Assembly (NCBI GenBank): GCA_964199315.1
Contig: OZ116702.1
Span: 31,806,001-31,870,000, forward strand
Reading direction: 5' to 3'
Source of the DNA: Orbicella franksi
Taxonomy: Eukaryota
Length of the DNA: 64,000 nucleotides
The position numbers were made by a program, and so were the translations under genes. The number at the start of each line of letters is the position of its first letter. Position 1 is the first letter of the stretch. Positions 1 through 12,194 of this stretch are shown piece after piece. A model generated the notes under the pieces. The model did not search any database. It saw only the letters and a program-made list of their open reading frames with translations, and was not told where the DNA came from.

Positions 1-620
1 CATCTTCATGCAATGGCAGGTGAGGAGAGTAGTAACGGCAGACTGTAATTATTAAATATATAACTCTTAGAGCCAATTTACACTAACTTTGCTGATGACT
101 GTTGCATGTGACATGTTTGAGGGTGCAACATCCATGTAGGTTTGGTAGGATGCACGATGAGAATGAAAGTGGAGGCAGCATATAGGATAAAAAAATCTTA
201 ATAGAGGAATGTGGTTAAAAATTCCTCAACAGGAGCTGGAGTTTCTCATTTTGACAGATCATGTAGGATGCAGGATAGTTTTACATTGACAGCAGGATGC
301 GGTCTATGAAAAAACAGAAGTTATAGACATCATGCAGAGAACTGCGGCTTTAACCAGGCGAGATCAGAATAAACATTTTGAGTAGTGAGTGGGATGGCAG
401 GATTAAGCTACAAATAGTAGCGGGATGTGGTATTGAAAAAGCCTAATTACATACATGTTGGACCCTCGTGCTTACACCATGAATTCCATGTACAAATGTG
501 TGACTTTGTGGTGACAGTGGTAAGCAAGTTGTACATTTGAAGCAAACATTTCAAGCGATAACTAACTTGTTAATGACATTTATTACAGTGTAGAATGTGA
601 AACTGTTAATTAATACATAC

Positions 621-3600
621 ATCAGTTCCATTTTTTCCTGGTGTACCAGGGAAACCATCAGAACCCTAGATAAGGAGAAATCATGAGAAAATGACTAACA
701 GTGACCATAAAAATAGTGACCGCACAATAGTACATGTATTCATTTGTCAACATACAGAATGCAATGAAAATGACTGCAATTTTTATGAATTCTCTTTGCC
801 TACTACCAGTCGATACCTGTACATGCTTTTAGTTTATAACACATGCATGTCTTAATTTCTGACAATATTCCCTGCTTTTTTCAGGTTATTCAATACATTT
901 GTTCATTTATGCTCTACACTTAAAAAAATGGCAATTTCAAAAATTTTGTCAAGATCTTCAAGACAAGTTACATGCAGGATTTGCTGCCAAGTGAAACACC
1001 CCCCTGAAATCTGGCTGCAAATGCTTTTATTGTTATAGTAATCTCAGCAAAAAGTAGACCTTGATTCTACTTTGGGCAATGCTGGTGGCAACCAGGGATG
1101 TTACAATGGGTATTTTTTGTGCAATTTGTGTCACAACAAAACTGCAAGACAAGTGCCTAGGAAAATTGTCCAGTGTAGCAGTGCCTTTAAGATAATTATG
1201 AATGAGACAGCACCTTTCTTCCAACATCACCCCGGACTCCCTTTGGGCCTTTCCTCCCACGCAATCCAGTGTCTCCTTTGAATCCATCCACACCTTTGGG
1301 TCCGTCCGGTCCTTTTTCACCCTAAAAATACATTTCATTAAAAAGCAGTTTACAGTTGTACCATGTTAATTTAAACTTGGTTCTTTTCAATTCAGACCCA
1401 TTTCCCTTGGACTGCCTTAGTTTGTATGTTCAGTCATTTACTATAATGCAGCTATTTTAAACTCAGTTAATTTGAGCTCACCACTATTTTGAACTGATCT
1501 TTGTTTCCCTTGACCTAAAATCAACCCTGTTTATATAAAACTGTGTTCATGGAAGAGCTGCATGACAAAAAACCATGTCAGAACATGGTAAGGAAACTTA
1601 ACTTTGGCCTTTTCATCACATCACATCACATCACTTTTCAGTCCATAATGTTGATTAATATGTCACAGCCAGTTAAAATTGTTACATGAATACATGTAAA
1701 ACTATGTATTTCAATGCTGACCTAGTTATTTTGAACTCCCGCTATTTTGAACAGTCTGTTTTTTTTCTTTTCCCCTGAGTTTGAAATCATGAAGTCCAAT
1801 TGTATTTGACACACATGACAGAGAGGTGCGGTCATGTAATGGTTCGTGCACTGTCTCCAGATCAAGTGGTACAGCAAGGGCATAGCCAGAGGGATTCCTG
1901 CCAGGGTGGGCCTGTGACCCCCCTTTTGTAAGCCTTTTTTGGGCAAAAATCTACAAAGGTGGTGAAAACTCCATGACAATCTGGTGAGTACCCTCACTTT
2001 GACACAGTGTGACCCCCCATTTGTAAAATCCTGGCTATGCCCCTGTACTGGTCAAGTGCTGCCTGTTCTTTTGACGAGAAAGACCCTTTTCTCTCACAGC
2101 GCCTCTCTCCACTAAGGACTAATATTGTGTGTACACCTTCAACCTAACAAATTGCTGGGGAGAGAAACCTGCTAAGAATGGATATCAGCTGATGGAATTC
2201 TATCCAGGTTGAAGAGGAGTACATTGTTGGTAGCTCCTAATCACTCTACTGACTGCTTTAGTCAAACTTCTACTAACAGGGCACCTCTCTGTTGTGGCCA
2301 CTACTCTATGTACAGTCATCACTATTATAAGTCCTTATCACACCATGGGACACATACAAAAACATGTATATAAGGCCTTGCCTCTCTGTAATGGCCAGGA
2401 CTTTTTTGTCCAGACCATGTGCAAATGCAAACAACTGTTACTATTACTCTTGCAAACACTTTCCCACAAGGGCAATCTCTTTACTTCATGATCAATGGCT
2501 ATTAGGAAACATCAATTGAAGCTGGTTTGAAAAAAAATGACAAAACATCACATTCTGCTGGTAGTTCTGAAAATCATTCAGATCAGCGGCACACAATATA
2601 ATGCTACTTACTGGTGGGCCTGGAAGTCCTGGAGGACCTTGCAATCCAGGAGGGCCTCGAGTTCCCTGACAACATAATGAAAAGACCAGGCCAGTTTAAC
2701 AAGTTGAGCAGAACAAGACAAGCATGTATAATGAAAAGACCAGGCCAGTTTACAGAGCAGAGCAAGACAAGCAAGCATAATATAATTCATTTATGATCTT
2801 TTTCTGTAAGGTCTGCTGAAGGCATTCGGGGTCTGGGGGCATCCTCCCTCAGAAATTTTTTTTCAAATTGAGGTCCTCAATATCCCAGCATTCTGAGGCC
2901 AAGTTAGTGTGTTATAATGTCTCATTCTTTTAAACTTAGGGGATTCAACCCCCCCCCCCCCCCTAGATCTGCCCAACACAAGGGAAAAAATAGTTCACCA
3001 ATGTGCAATCACTAACTGTATCATTAAGCCATAGTAACATTAAAACTTACATTAAGTCCTGGTCGTCCTGGCTGCCCTGTTTCACCCGGACCTCCAGGGC
3101 TTCCCTAAAACACACAAAAATATTAATAATAATCTTAGGAATTGATTTGAGGTTGTACAACAATTTCAATAAAAATGAATAACTTACAGTAATTTTCTTT
3201 TAGTTTTAATCCTTGGGAATATGTATGAAAACAATTGGACAAGTCTTTCAAAGCACTCCCAGTCTAGGGTGAGTAACCAAGCTGTACTTTCATATGGTTC
3301 TGTTTATTATGCTATACAAAGTGGTTCAGACAGACCTTCTGATAGGGTGCGATGAAAAAATGCACATTATGCAAAATTTGCAGGGCAGATTATGCGATTA
3401 GAAAGGCCACTTGTGTGATAAATAATGTAAATTATTCGATTTTTTTCTGAGCAATTTTAAGCTTGTTTTATAAGATTTCAGGATAAGAAAAACACTTTTT
3501 TGCTGCCCTAAAGACATTTTGAATACAAAGGAACAGTAATTATGCATCTTGATCGACATTAGTTGGGATAAATAAGAAAAAAATGAGGTCTTCTGCACTA

Positions 3601-6600
3601 TCGGTGCACCACGTTAAAAGTTGAAAGGACAGAGCTAACATGCCAAATGAATGATCAATAATTATTATTGATATTTTTGCATGCTACAATTAGCTTCTTA
3701 CGCTTTGTTTTTATGTGCAGTACATTTCTGAACACAACCACTGACTTCTGAAGATGGTCAATCACAATATTGCACGACAAGCAAACCATCAGTCCATCGT
3801 CCAACGTGGAATGTACCTTTGGGGTACTTTCTTGCTCGATTGTGAGCTGTCAGATTGGACGGAAGGGGGGAACTTGCCTTCTTGGTCGAAGAAACAGTGG
3901 GTGTTTTGACTACAAACTTATCCATGAGTAAGTTTTTATCGCTTTTCAATGAAAGAAACTACATTTTGCCGAAAAACTGACAACTTCACTTATTTTTCAC
4001 CCCTATACTTCCAACGTGAATAGAGAATTGTGTCATCATTTCAGTAGTGTGTATATATCAGCCATTCAGGTTGGCTTATCCGAACAAAGGGCGTGTTTGT
4101 GTTTCACCAATAGGCAACTCTTTAAGAATAAGACTCGTACCAGGCCCCTGACATGCAAAATAATGCCTTGCAGCTTTGAATGTTTACGAAATCGAAGGTG
4201 CAAAGGATTCTTAGGCTTTTTCCAAGGTAAATCATCTTAAAAATGGTGTATTTATGCAGGAATTCCAAAGAAACTTGTTGATTTATGTTTAAGTTCTTTT
4301 GTGAATTATGAGATTTTTCGTGAATTGTGCGATCGGGTGCGATTTGAGGTCGATTGTGCGAAATTGCACCATCACGTAATATCAGAAGGCCTGTTCAGAC
4401 ATTTAAGTCTGTGGATGAAACCCTAGTGTGTGACCATTCAAATGAAAGCTATTGCACTGTACTTCCATGTGGTACTGTTTATTATGCTGTGTGATTCTAG
4501 CGTTTAGTGTGTGGCTAGATCTTGAGTGACCTAATATGAGCTACTAAGCAGCACTTTTGCATGGTACTGCTGAACTGTGCTGCTCAGTGTTTGTTATTCA
4601 CTCCTGCAAATGAAAGGTACATTAACTTTTTAAGTCATCAATTGAAACTAACTGCTAATCCGCGAATTCCCTGAGCGCCAGGTGCACCAGGCTCTCCAGG
4701 CAGACCCTGTTGATGAAGAAAAGAGACTTTCAATGATTAATCATGACCTAACTTGGCTACAAAAGCAAATTGACAAAATATTTACACCGCTAAAAATGAT
4801 TGAAGTGGTTAAAAAGTAGAACACCAAACATTTTTGTTTTCTTCAGGGTGAAAAAGCCGTCCGGCCGTTACTCACATAATTTGTAACCATTGGGCAATTC
4901 CCTATTGGAACAGTTTTAAAATAGCCATGTAACAGTGAATTTGTTTGTTCAAACTGGGTTGTCATTGTTGGATCATGAGGCCATCTAGGATTCTTCGCAA
5001 CTGAATTTTAAGCAAATTGACCATGTGGCATTTGTTCTTGCACATTAAGCGACAGATACTTACCTGTACATGTATTATCTTATGCTGACAAAAATTAATA
5101 TTAAATAAATTGCATCCTTACATCATTTTGTATAAAATGGAGAAAATAAAAAGTATACAGCCATACCGGAGGGCCATCCTTTCCCGGTGGACCTTTCTCA
5201 CCTCTCCGTCCCTGTAGGAAAATATCACGACTGTTCATGAGCATTGTAATATCAGATTATTTAGTTCTTGGTGATAGCGATCAGTATGAGCATAGCAAAT
5301 GTGTGTGAGAAAAAACTTTTTAACTAATAATTAAAAATAACTCTTGAAGGCATAATTAATCTAAATTGCATGAACCCCTTTCCCTCTGAGAACTGAGATC
5401 CCATTTACATAAAACAGAAGAAATAAATAAAAGTGTGTGAACATTCAAATGAAAGCTATGGAGCAGTAAGTAGATTATGTTTAAATTATGGAGCTATACA
5501 ATTCAAGGTGGTTCTAACTTGTAAGTCTGTGGCTAAAACCCTAGTGTGTGACCATTGAAATGAAAGCTATTGACCAGTACTTTCATGTGGTACTGTTAAT
5601 TATGCTGTACAAGGTGGTTCTAACTTTTAAGTCTGTGGCTAAAACCATATTGTATGACCATTCAAATGAAAGCTATTGAGCAGTACTTTCATGTGTTAAC
5701 TAATATAAGATGTTTTTCACACTGCACAAGGTGCTACTAACTTTAAAAGTCATGAAATGAAACCAGTGTGTGACCATTCAACTGACAGCCATTGAGTTCT
5801 AATGTCTTGGGATATTGTTTATGCTTGTGAGAGGTGGCTCTAATTTATCATTTGTAAGTGAAAACTTATGTGTGGTCATTCAAATGAAAGCTGAAAAAAG
5901 CAGTTTCGTATGCTACTGCTTGGCATAATGCTCTAAATAAAAGATGGTCTTATTTCCAAGTCTGCGCAGGGAATGCTGGCCAGTGCCCGACTATTGAACT
6001 GAAAACTTTACTAGTTGTACAAGTAGCTTTATTCAGTGTCTAGAATACTCAAGGTGTGACAGGTAAGAATGCTTGACTCACCGGTACTCCTGGAACTCCA
6101 ACAACAGTGATCACTGGGCTACCTGGAGGTCCAGGGGGTCCAATTGGTCCCCGGGCACCGTTAGGGCCTGGAGGGCCAGGGGGTCCCTGGTGAAAAGCAG
6201 ACAAAGTTATATTACAGGAGGCACATCATGGTTTACGTGCTTCTTGAAAAGTTTAGCCTAAATTTATAAAATCCGTCATTTGTAAATCTGCGTCAATCTT
6301 CTCCATCCTTAACCATCCTTGTTCCTTTATGATTTATTGCTATCTTTTCAGTGCTTTTCTATCTTAGTAAACTACTATTTTCAGGTTTCCATAAACTTAA
6401 TGGTTATCTTTTATATGGCCAAAATAACTCAAAATATTGTGACTGAGCTCCTTTAAGTACACTACAACTCAAAAGTAAGTTACCGTCTCTCGTGAAAGAT
6501 GAAAGACCAATTTTTCCATTTACATTTTTACATGGCAAAGGTTGCCCATCCTGCCACCACAGAGTGCTGGTGCCGGTGCAAGTGATCAAGTTAATACGTC

Positions 6601-9440
6601 CAGTGAGGAGTACATCAGGTTACAGAAAAAAGACCAAATAGGCATACCCGTATTAAAGGAGGCCAAAAAAGAGATCACTGATAACAAATAGGTATAAAAC
6701 CTAACGATTTTCTCCAAAATCTTGCTATAACTATCCAACTAATTAGCCTTTCTGAACTCTCCTGTTGCCTTAATAGGAAAGTCATGGATTAAAAGTTTGT
6801 CAAATATTTTTTTTCCAAAAGGTGCCAAAAGTTGCCTTGGTCACGAGTTTGAGAAGACACAAATTAAGTTTATCTAACATCAACAACTTTTATTACGATT
6901 ATCAAAAACCACAGTATCACTGTACTCACATCAGCGCCAGGAAGTCCAGGTTCACCAGTTTCACCCCTGCCACCAGGGAAACCCTGGTCTCCCTGAAAAA
7001 CAGTCACAAGTAATGTCAAGTGTTTGTCAGAATATCAATTGTTAAACTTGCATCTAGCTTGATTCAATTTTAGTTATTATGCCAACAGTTCACATCTTAA
7101 ACCCTGTTATGACTAATAAATTAAAAATAATTTTGGACAAATCACAAAAAAATTATTCCGAGTACTAGCACAGACATATGCTATCCCACCCACCCTGGGG
7201 CATTTGCAACTTCCTTCAAGTCCCTAAGTGCATGAGTGACTATCGGCAGGCTTGGAATGGACAAAGCCCAAAGTTAAAAGAACCTCAAGTTAAAATATAA
7301 GATTTAAACAGGCTCAGCATACTTTTGAAAGCCAACACAAAACTACCTTGATCTTCCACAGAACCCAGACGTGGAGCACAGACAGTTCGACGTTTAATAC
7401 TTCTTGTAAATACTAGAAAGCTGGTAGCCTGAGGGAAACTAGAGTTAAATAAAAGATTTGATGCTTACAGTTCTCCCTGCGTTTCCTTTCTCGCCAGGGT
7501 CACCTTTCAACTCCTGCAATCAGAGCAAATCCGATCAATTCTATTTGTCAGCTGTCAAAATCAATATCAACTTAAACAAGGGTACAGTTACTTCATTTCC
7601 TCAAACTCCTGAAGCCATTCTTTCGCTAAAATCTTACATTTAAACCGTATTCAAACTTGCTATAAAAAATAAAATAAAAAATTGCTCACTCAGCCGCCAT
7701 GTTGATTTTCTGGCGGAGGAAAACTGGGGTTGAGCGTGACCACTGATTGTCACGTAAGAAGCACTGACAGGTTGGTTAAACCAGGCATTGTCCCTCGTGA
7801 GACGAGACAGTTTCTTTTTTAAGACCAATTTGATCGATAGTTAAAACTTCAAAAACAAAAGTACTTACTGGATCTAAAATTGTAGGAACTGAAACGAAAA
7901 AACAATCCAGGTTAGTAATCAATCCAACAGCCTTGACTTAAAAATACATTTAAACAGACTGGAAAAAAATTAAGACAGTGCCATCATCTTGAAGAGCTCA
8001 TTTTTTTCAAGGAAGAACGCCATGTCAAGTCTTAAGTCAGAGGAGCAATTTATTATTGAAACTGAGGACTCCATCTGCTTTGCACTGTAGTTTCCGGTGT
8101 CTCGATCAGCCTCGGCTTCATGCCAGCCAAAAAATGTATGACGTAGTTTGTGCAAAGTTAAACTTAGTGCTGAAGTTGTTTAAAAGGAAAGTCCTGCTGC
8201 AAATCTAGGAACCTACTTTAATTAAGCAACCATCGTACAAATTGAGACGCATATTTTTATTTTTTCAAAAAACATAATCAAAAGGAACATCTATATTTAG
8301 AATGCGATAGTTCTAACTCTTTCATTCCCGGCAGTTTCTGCATATGTGAGTTGCTTACTGCGCAGGAAAAAAAAAAAAGATTTGATTCCATGAAAACTGG
8401 CCCTCCCTTGCGCTAAGTTATTCTGGTCCGTGATCGCAGCAACGGAGCAGAGAGCTTGCTTGCGTGGCACACGATCTCAGATCAGAGAATTTCTCGAAGT
8501 TAATTGAGGGGAAAAGCTAACATTTGTTCGCTAATGATAACGCTTTCGAGTCAGTTTCCACCAGCAATTGATCGGTGAGTTATGCATTTATAAGAAGAGT
8601 GAATAAAGAAAGCTCTTGCAGCTACTGAATGGATGATTGTCCTCAAGGCCTGGTATGTGAAATCGTAACATGATATGAGAAAAACCACCAGTTGAATATC
8701 CTCCAAAACTTCGTACATACATGCCCTTACTCTTTCAGTATTTTGTCTGTATATAATCTTTTCTTTTCCAGGCACAAACACTGTCGACATCAACTATCCT
8801 GCCCTAAATAAAATATCCTGCTTTCAATCAAAGAGAGTTTAGAAAGACCTCGGTTTTTACGCCACGCGGCAAGTACGGTATCAGGATATGACATCAAACG
8901 CTTCAATGATCCCGGGCTCCGAGCATCAAGATCTGCTTCACTAGACAAATTCGAAAAGGTGCACCTTAGCTTTAACCATGTGTTCACTTAACCACACAAG
9001 ACGAATCGATTCGCCGAGCATAGGAGACCAGTAACTTCTTTTCAAGTGAAGAAACATCATTTCTGTAAGACTAGATGGTACTCCCGAATACAATAACGCT
9101 TTCATCGTTGTCGGTCCTGCGAACGCCAACAAAAATGACAAAAAAAGCCAACAATTCGCATGCAATGAAATGAGCAGCTTAACAAAAGGCTTTTCTCGTT
9201 GATTTTGACAAGGAAACATCTCTGAAATGTACAAGCAGGCGTGTGTCATGTATTGCGGGAGGAATCGCTTATCAAAGTCGTCCGTGACCACACAAAAGCG
9301 CTTGAAGAAAAACGCAGATAGGAGAAAATCGGAGAATGCAACTTACTTTGATTCTCCATACCACCGTGTTGTCCCTGTGTTCTGCAGATCCATAACGTAA
9401 GGAAGAGAGTTACCGCTATTCTAGAGGCAAAGAACCCCAT
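621..9440 (-). CDS. Fibrillar collagen alpha chain, 5' part (11 exons in window; gene continues past position 1)
   Basis: Exons, all GT-AG and frame-compatible: 9347-9440 (MGFFASRIAVTLFLTLWICRTQGQHGGMENQ, signal peptide), 7869-7888 (20 nt, IPTILDP), 7469-7513 (ELKGDPGEKGNAGRT), 6930-6992 (63 nt Gly-X-Y), 6082-6186 (GPP..GSP-VITVV-GVPGVP), 5167-5211 (45), 4653-4706 (54), 3051-3104 (54), 2612-2665 (54), 1214-1321 (108; weak GTGCTG donor), 621-665 (45). The helical exons are phase 0, start with Gly and are pure Gly-X-Y, which is the fibrillar collagen signature. Confidence 0.93.
1875..2045. mobile_element. MITE with CA(A/G)GGGCATAGCCAG terminal inverted repeats
   Basis: CAAGGGCATAGCCAG at 1875-1889 and CTGGCTATGCCCCTG at 2031-2045. 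Confidence 0.7.
3332..4392 (-). mobile_element. Non-autonomous hAT-like DNA transposon (internal deletion derivative) in a collagen intron
   Basis: Termini AGACCTTCTGATA (3332) and TATCAGAAGGCCT (4392) are inverted repeats with 1 mismatch. The identical 8-mer GTTCAGAC lies at 3324-3331 and 4393-4400 (TSD). The element splits one copy of the ~107-bp repeat. Confidence 0.8.
3730..3925 (-). pseudogene. Frameshifted remnant of a CGGBP-type zinc finger (hAT transposase N-terminus)
   Basis: MDKFVVKTPTVSSTKKASSPLPSNLTAHNRARKYPKGTFHV, then a 1-nt insertion near 3801, then DDGLMVCLSCNIVIDHLQKSVV. This resembles human CGGBP1 MERFVV...DRVTEFGGELHEDGGKLFCTSCNVVLNHVRKS. Confidence 0.72.
5440..5900. repeat. 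Degenerate ~107-bp tandem repeat (GACCATTCAAATGAAAGCTATTGAGCAGTACTTTCATGTGGTACTG... unit)
   Basis: The unit core recurs at about 5443, 5552, 5659, 5773 and 5877, with further copies at about 3275-3330 and 4400-4600. Confidence 0.85.
6215..6456. mobile_element. Copy of ~240-bp TTAAAGGAGCT..AGCTCCTTTAA MITE family
   Basis: Shares TTCTCCATCCTTAACCATCCTTGTTCC and AAATAACTCAAAAT..GTGACTGAGCTCC with copies at 35538, 40293, 50796 and 54559. Confidence 0.8.
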
Positions 9441-10469
9441 CTTTTCAACCCAAATAGCTCAAAAGGGCTGAAGCATGAAGATTCAATAAACAGCCCCTGG
9501 TCTTTTGCGTGCTAGACAGAAAGGTAATGTCGCGCTACTCGGCTCATCTAGGGTATCACACCCCAGAGAGAGCAATCAATAAAGTTTTGTATTGTGTTTC
9601 TGTGAAATAACACGCTTGTCGTCTGGGATGATGTGATAGACGTGATGGGTATCAAATGGCCAGAGCGAGCGTAACACAACTATGGTGTCAACATACACTT
9701 CTTTTTCGTTGTCCCTTACGAAAAACAAGGTAAAGCAGAAAATTTTGACGTGCTGAAAGCGAAATCAAATGTTTCTTGCCGTGGATAGAGAGTTCGAGAA
9801 CCAGATGAAGCCACGATTCGAACATACGTGTAGATGAATATGATACAGCGCCAGCAGGGATTTTGATCGTCTGTGACAAGACAACAGACATACAGTGTGA
9901 TAAAGGGCTCATAAAGGTCAGGCAATCTCCAATCAAGTTGCACCGCTCTCATCTACACAATAAAGAATAAAGAAATTGCTCATTCACACACCAGAAGCCT
10001 ATAATGCTGTGGTGCGTTTACTCGCCACAATTCCACATATTTGCTCTTTGACGAATTTGAATGCCCAGAACAAACCCAGAAAACAAGGAAACTAAAAGGC
10101 ATATTTAAAAGGAAAGCTAAAAAATCAACCATTTTAAAGTTTTTTTTCCTCAAAATGGACCGAATTCCTCAAATTTTCCGATTTCGTGATCAGTGGCGTG
10201 ACAAAACAGAAACTGAATGAAAGCCCGTTTGAGTGATTCTCGTATAAAAAGCGAATTGTCACCGGTGTGACAGACAAAGGAAAGTTCGCGTGCTTGAAAT
10301 TTACCACAAGAAACAAACATTGATATTGAATGCCTAATAAAAAGTTAAACCGCTCGTAAACGCTAAATTTTATGATTTTTTAAGCGTTGAATGTAAATAC
10401 TCACACGAATACAGGCTAGTTATAAAAACGTTAGTCCTAACTCATCCAAAATAATCTTGTATATAGACC

Positions 10470-10640
10470 CCTATTGTTTAAAAGTTGTAAATAGATCTTT
10501 AATTTTAATTTTTAATTTTTAATGCTGTAAATAGTTCCTTAATCTTAACTTTTAGGTGTCCCCAATTAGTAGAGCCGTTTCACTCTCGGCTATTTTACCT
10601 CAGACACGTTAATAAAGTTGTTGATTTATTGATTGATAAT
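10470..10640 (+). mobile_element. Probable 3' tail of a 5'-truncated non-LTR retrotransposon
   Basis: AT-rich 3'-UTR-like run, a short stem-loop (TAGAGCCG..CGGCTA), AATAAA at 10611 and an (ATTG)n tail. No ORF remains. Confidence 0.45.
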
Positions 10641-10694
10641 CCAGATTTCACATTCAGTGGCTTGCTAAACTGAGTTTACTATTTAATTTATTTT

Positions 10695-10800
10695 TTTGTT
10701 TGTTTGTTTGTATATTGTTCATGTCTTAGTTTGTCTGCTAGTTTGTTAGTCTGCCAGATAGTCCTTTTTTGTGTGTTTGTTTGTTTGTTTGTTTGTTTTT
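10695..10800. repeat. (TTTG)n microsatellites
   Basis: TTTG runs at 10695-10710 and 10775-10798. Confidence 0.85.
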
Positions 10801-12194
10801 TCCAGGGCTGTAGCACTGGCCTGGTTGCAGGCTCTCCGTGGGCTAAATCCACAACTGAAATTGATGGTGAATGCCAAGCAAAAACGCTTATAAAAACGCA
10901 CATACAAGTTCCAAAAGCTTCAAAACAAACACCATAGAACTACAAGGAAACCTTTAAGAGTAGTTGCAAGGGATCATTCAGGTTAATGCATGATCTCATA
11001 TATTGAGCCAGCAATAAAGTAATCTGATTGGCTGATTAAAGTTATTGGCCCCATCTGCATCCACATGAGAGGGGTGGAGGGTGGGGGGTGGGGGTCATGC
11101 AACAGGACTAAAGGGTAAAAATAAACTAACTTAGTCATGCAATAACCAGCCATCTTGACCTCACGTTTGGTCAATGACCAAAATTTACTACTGAGTAACT
11201 ATTTGCAAACTTTAGATCTGAATGGATACACAAATAAATGTGTATGCAAACCATTGAAGATATAAGTAGCAAATTTTAATGTACACATTGAGTTCAATAA
11301 ACAAATACATTTTTTTATTGCGTGAAACAAACAATAGAGTTTCAAAGTACTTTACTAGCACACTTTTGACAAGCAATAGACAAACAGTATACAAGAATTT
11401 TAATCGTGACTAAAAATCTGCATATCACGACTCTAGTTGGTGTAATTTACATAGTTCATTACGCTGACATATTTTTCATTTGCTGGCAGATATTAATATT
11501 GTCTTGACTTGAAATCTGAAAAACAAGGGGAAAATGTGGAAGGTCAATAGAAAATAAAAAACAGAAACAGGACAATCAAATGAGGTTGATATAACTGTAC
11601 CCTAATGTGGAACATTAACAGTGAAATGGTTCTAAAGTTTGTCAAAATACCAATAATATTGTTGTTTCTTGTCTTTCTGGCCTTCACCTTGCACGATAAG
11701 TAGAATATTTACTGAATTTGTACGAGCACAAACCACAAGCAAGCAGAAGTAGTAGATATCTAAGACTGAGCTCAAGAACCCAGAGAACACAGGATTAGGT
11801 TTTTTCTTTGGCGGTATTTACACAATAAGACTGTTTTCCGGTTAAGTATGTATAAAGTTTATATATACATGCCAGCCTGTGAAAAAGCAGAAAAAATCAA
11901 GATAACTATATTTCATAGGGAAAATATCATGAGGACAGTCTCGCCTGCTTTACTTCAGAATTCAAATTGAACAAGACCATTCTGCGACAATTTTTATCAA
12001 GTAAATAAGAACAAGGATAAAATATGTAGGTCACTCTTGCAGAAACATCTCCAAATATCAGTTGCTAAATTCTATCTATCTTTTTCTAAAAGTCATGTAG
12101 TTTGGGATCACTCGTTCCCACAAGGAACAGGACAAAGAAATATATGTTTCATTATTCATTCCCAAGAATGTTTTACCATTCACATATACTTGAA

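Noticed and set aside
5440-5900. CRISPR-like array
   Set aside because: ~107-bp units are similar along their whole length with no unique spacers; eukaryotic context and no cas genes.
7348-7429. Extra 82-nt collagen exon (CCCTCAG..GTAGTT)
   Set aside because: Non-helical sequence, and its phase 0-1 boundaries would break the frame between two phase-0 exons.
8941-9291. 116-aa minus-strand ORF as collagen exon 2 (good acceptor at 9118)
   Set aside because: In frame with exon 1 it ends in a stop at 8941, has no Cys-rich or collagen features, and the 20-nt microexon gives a clean model.
10704-10937. + strand 77-aa ORF or terminal coding exon
   Set aside because: Mostly (TTTG)n-derived low complexity, with no upstream coding partner or recognisable homology.
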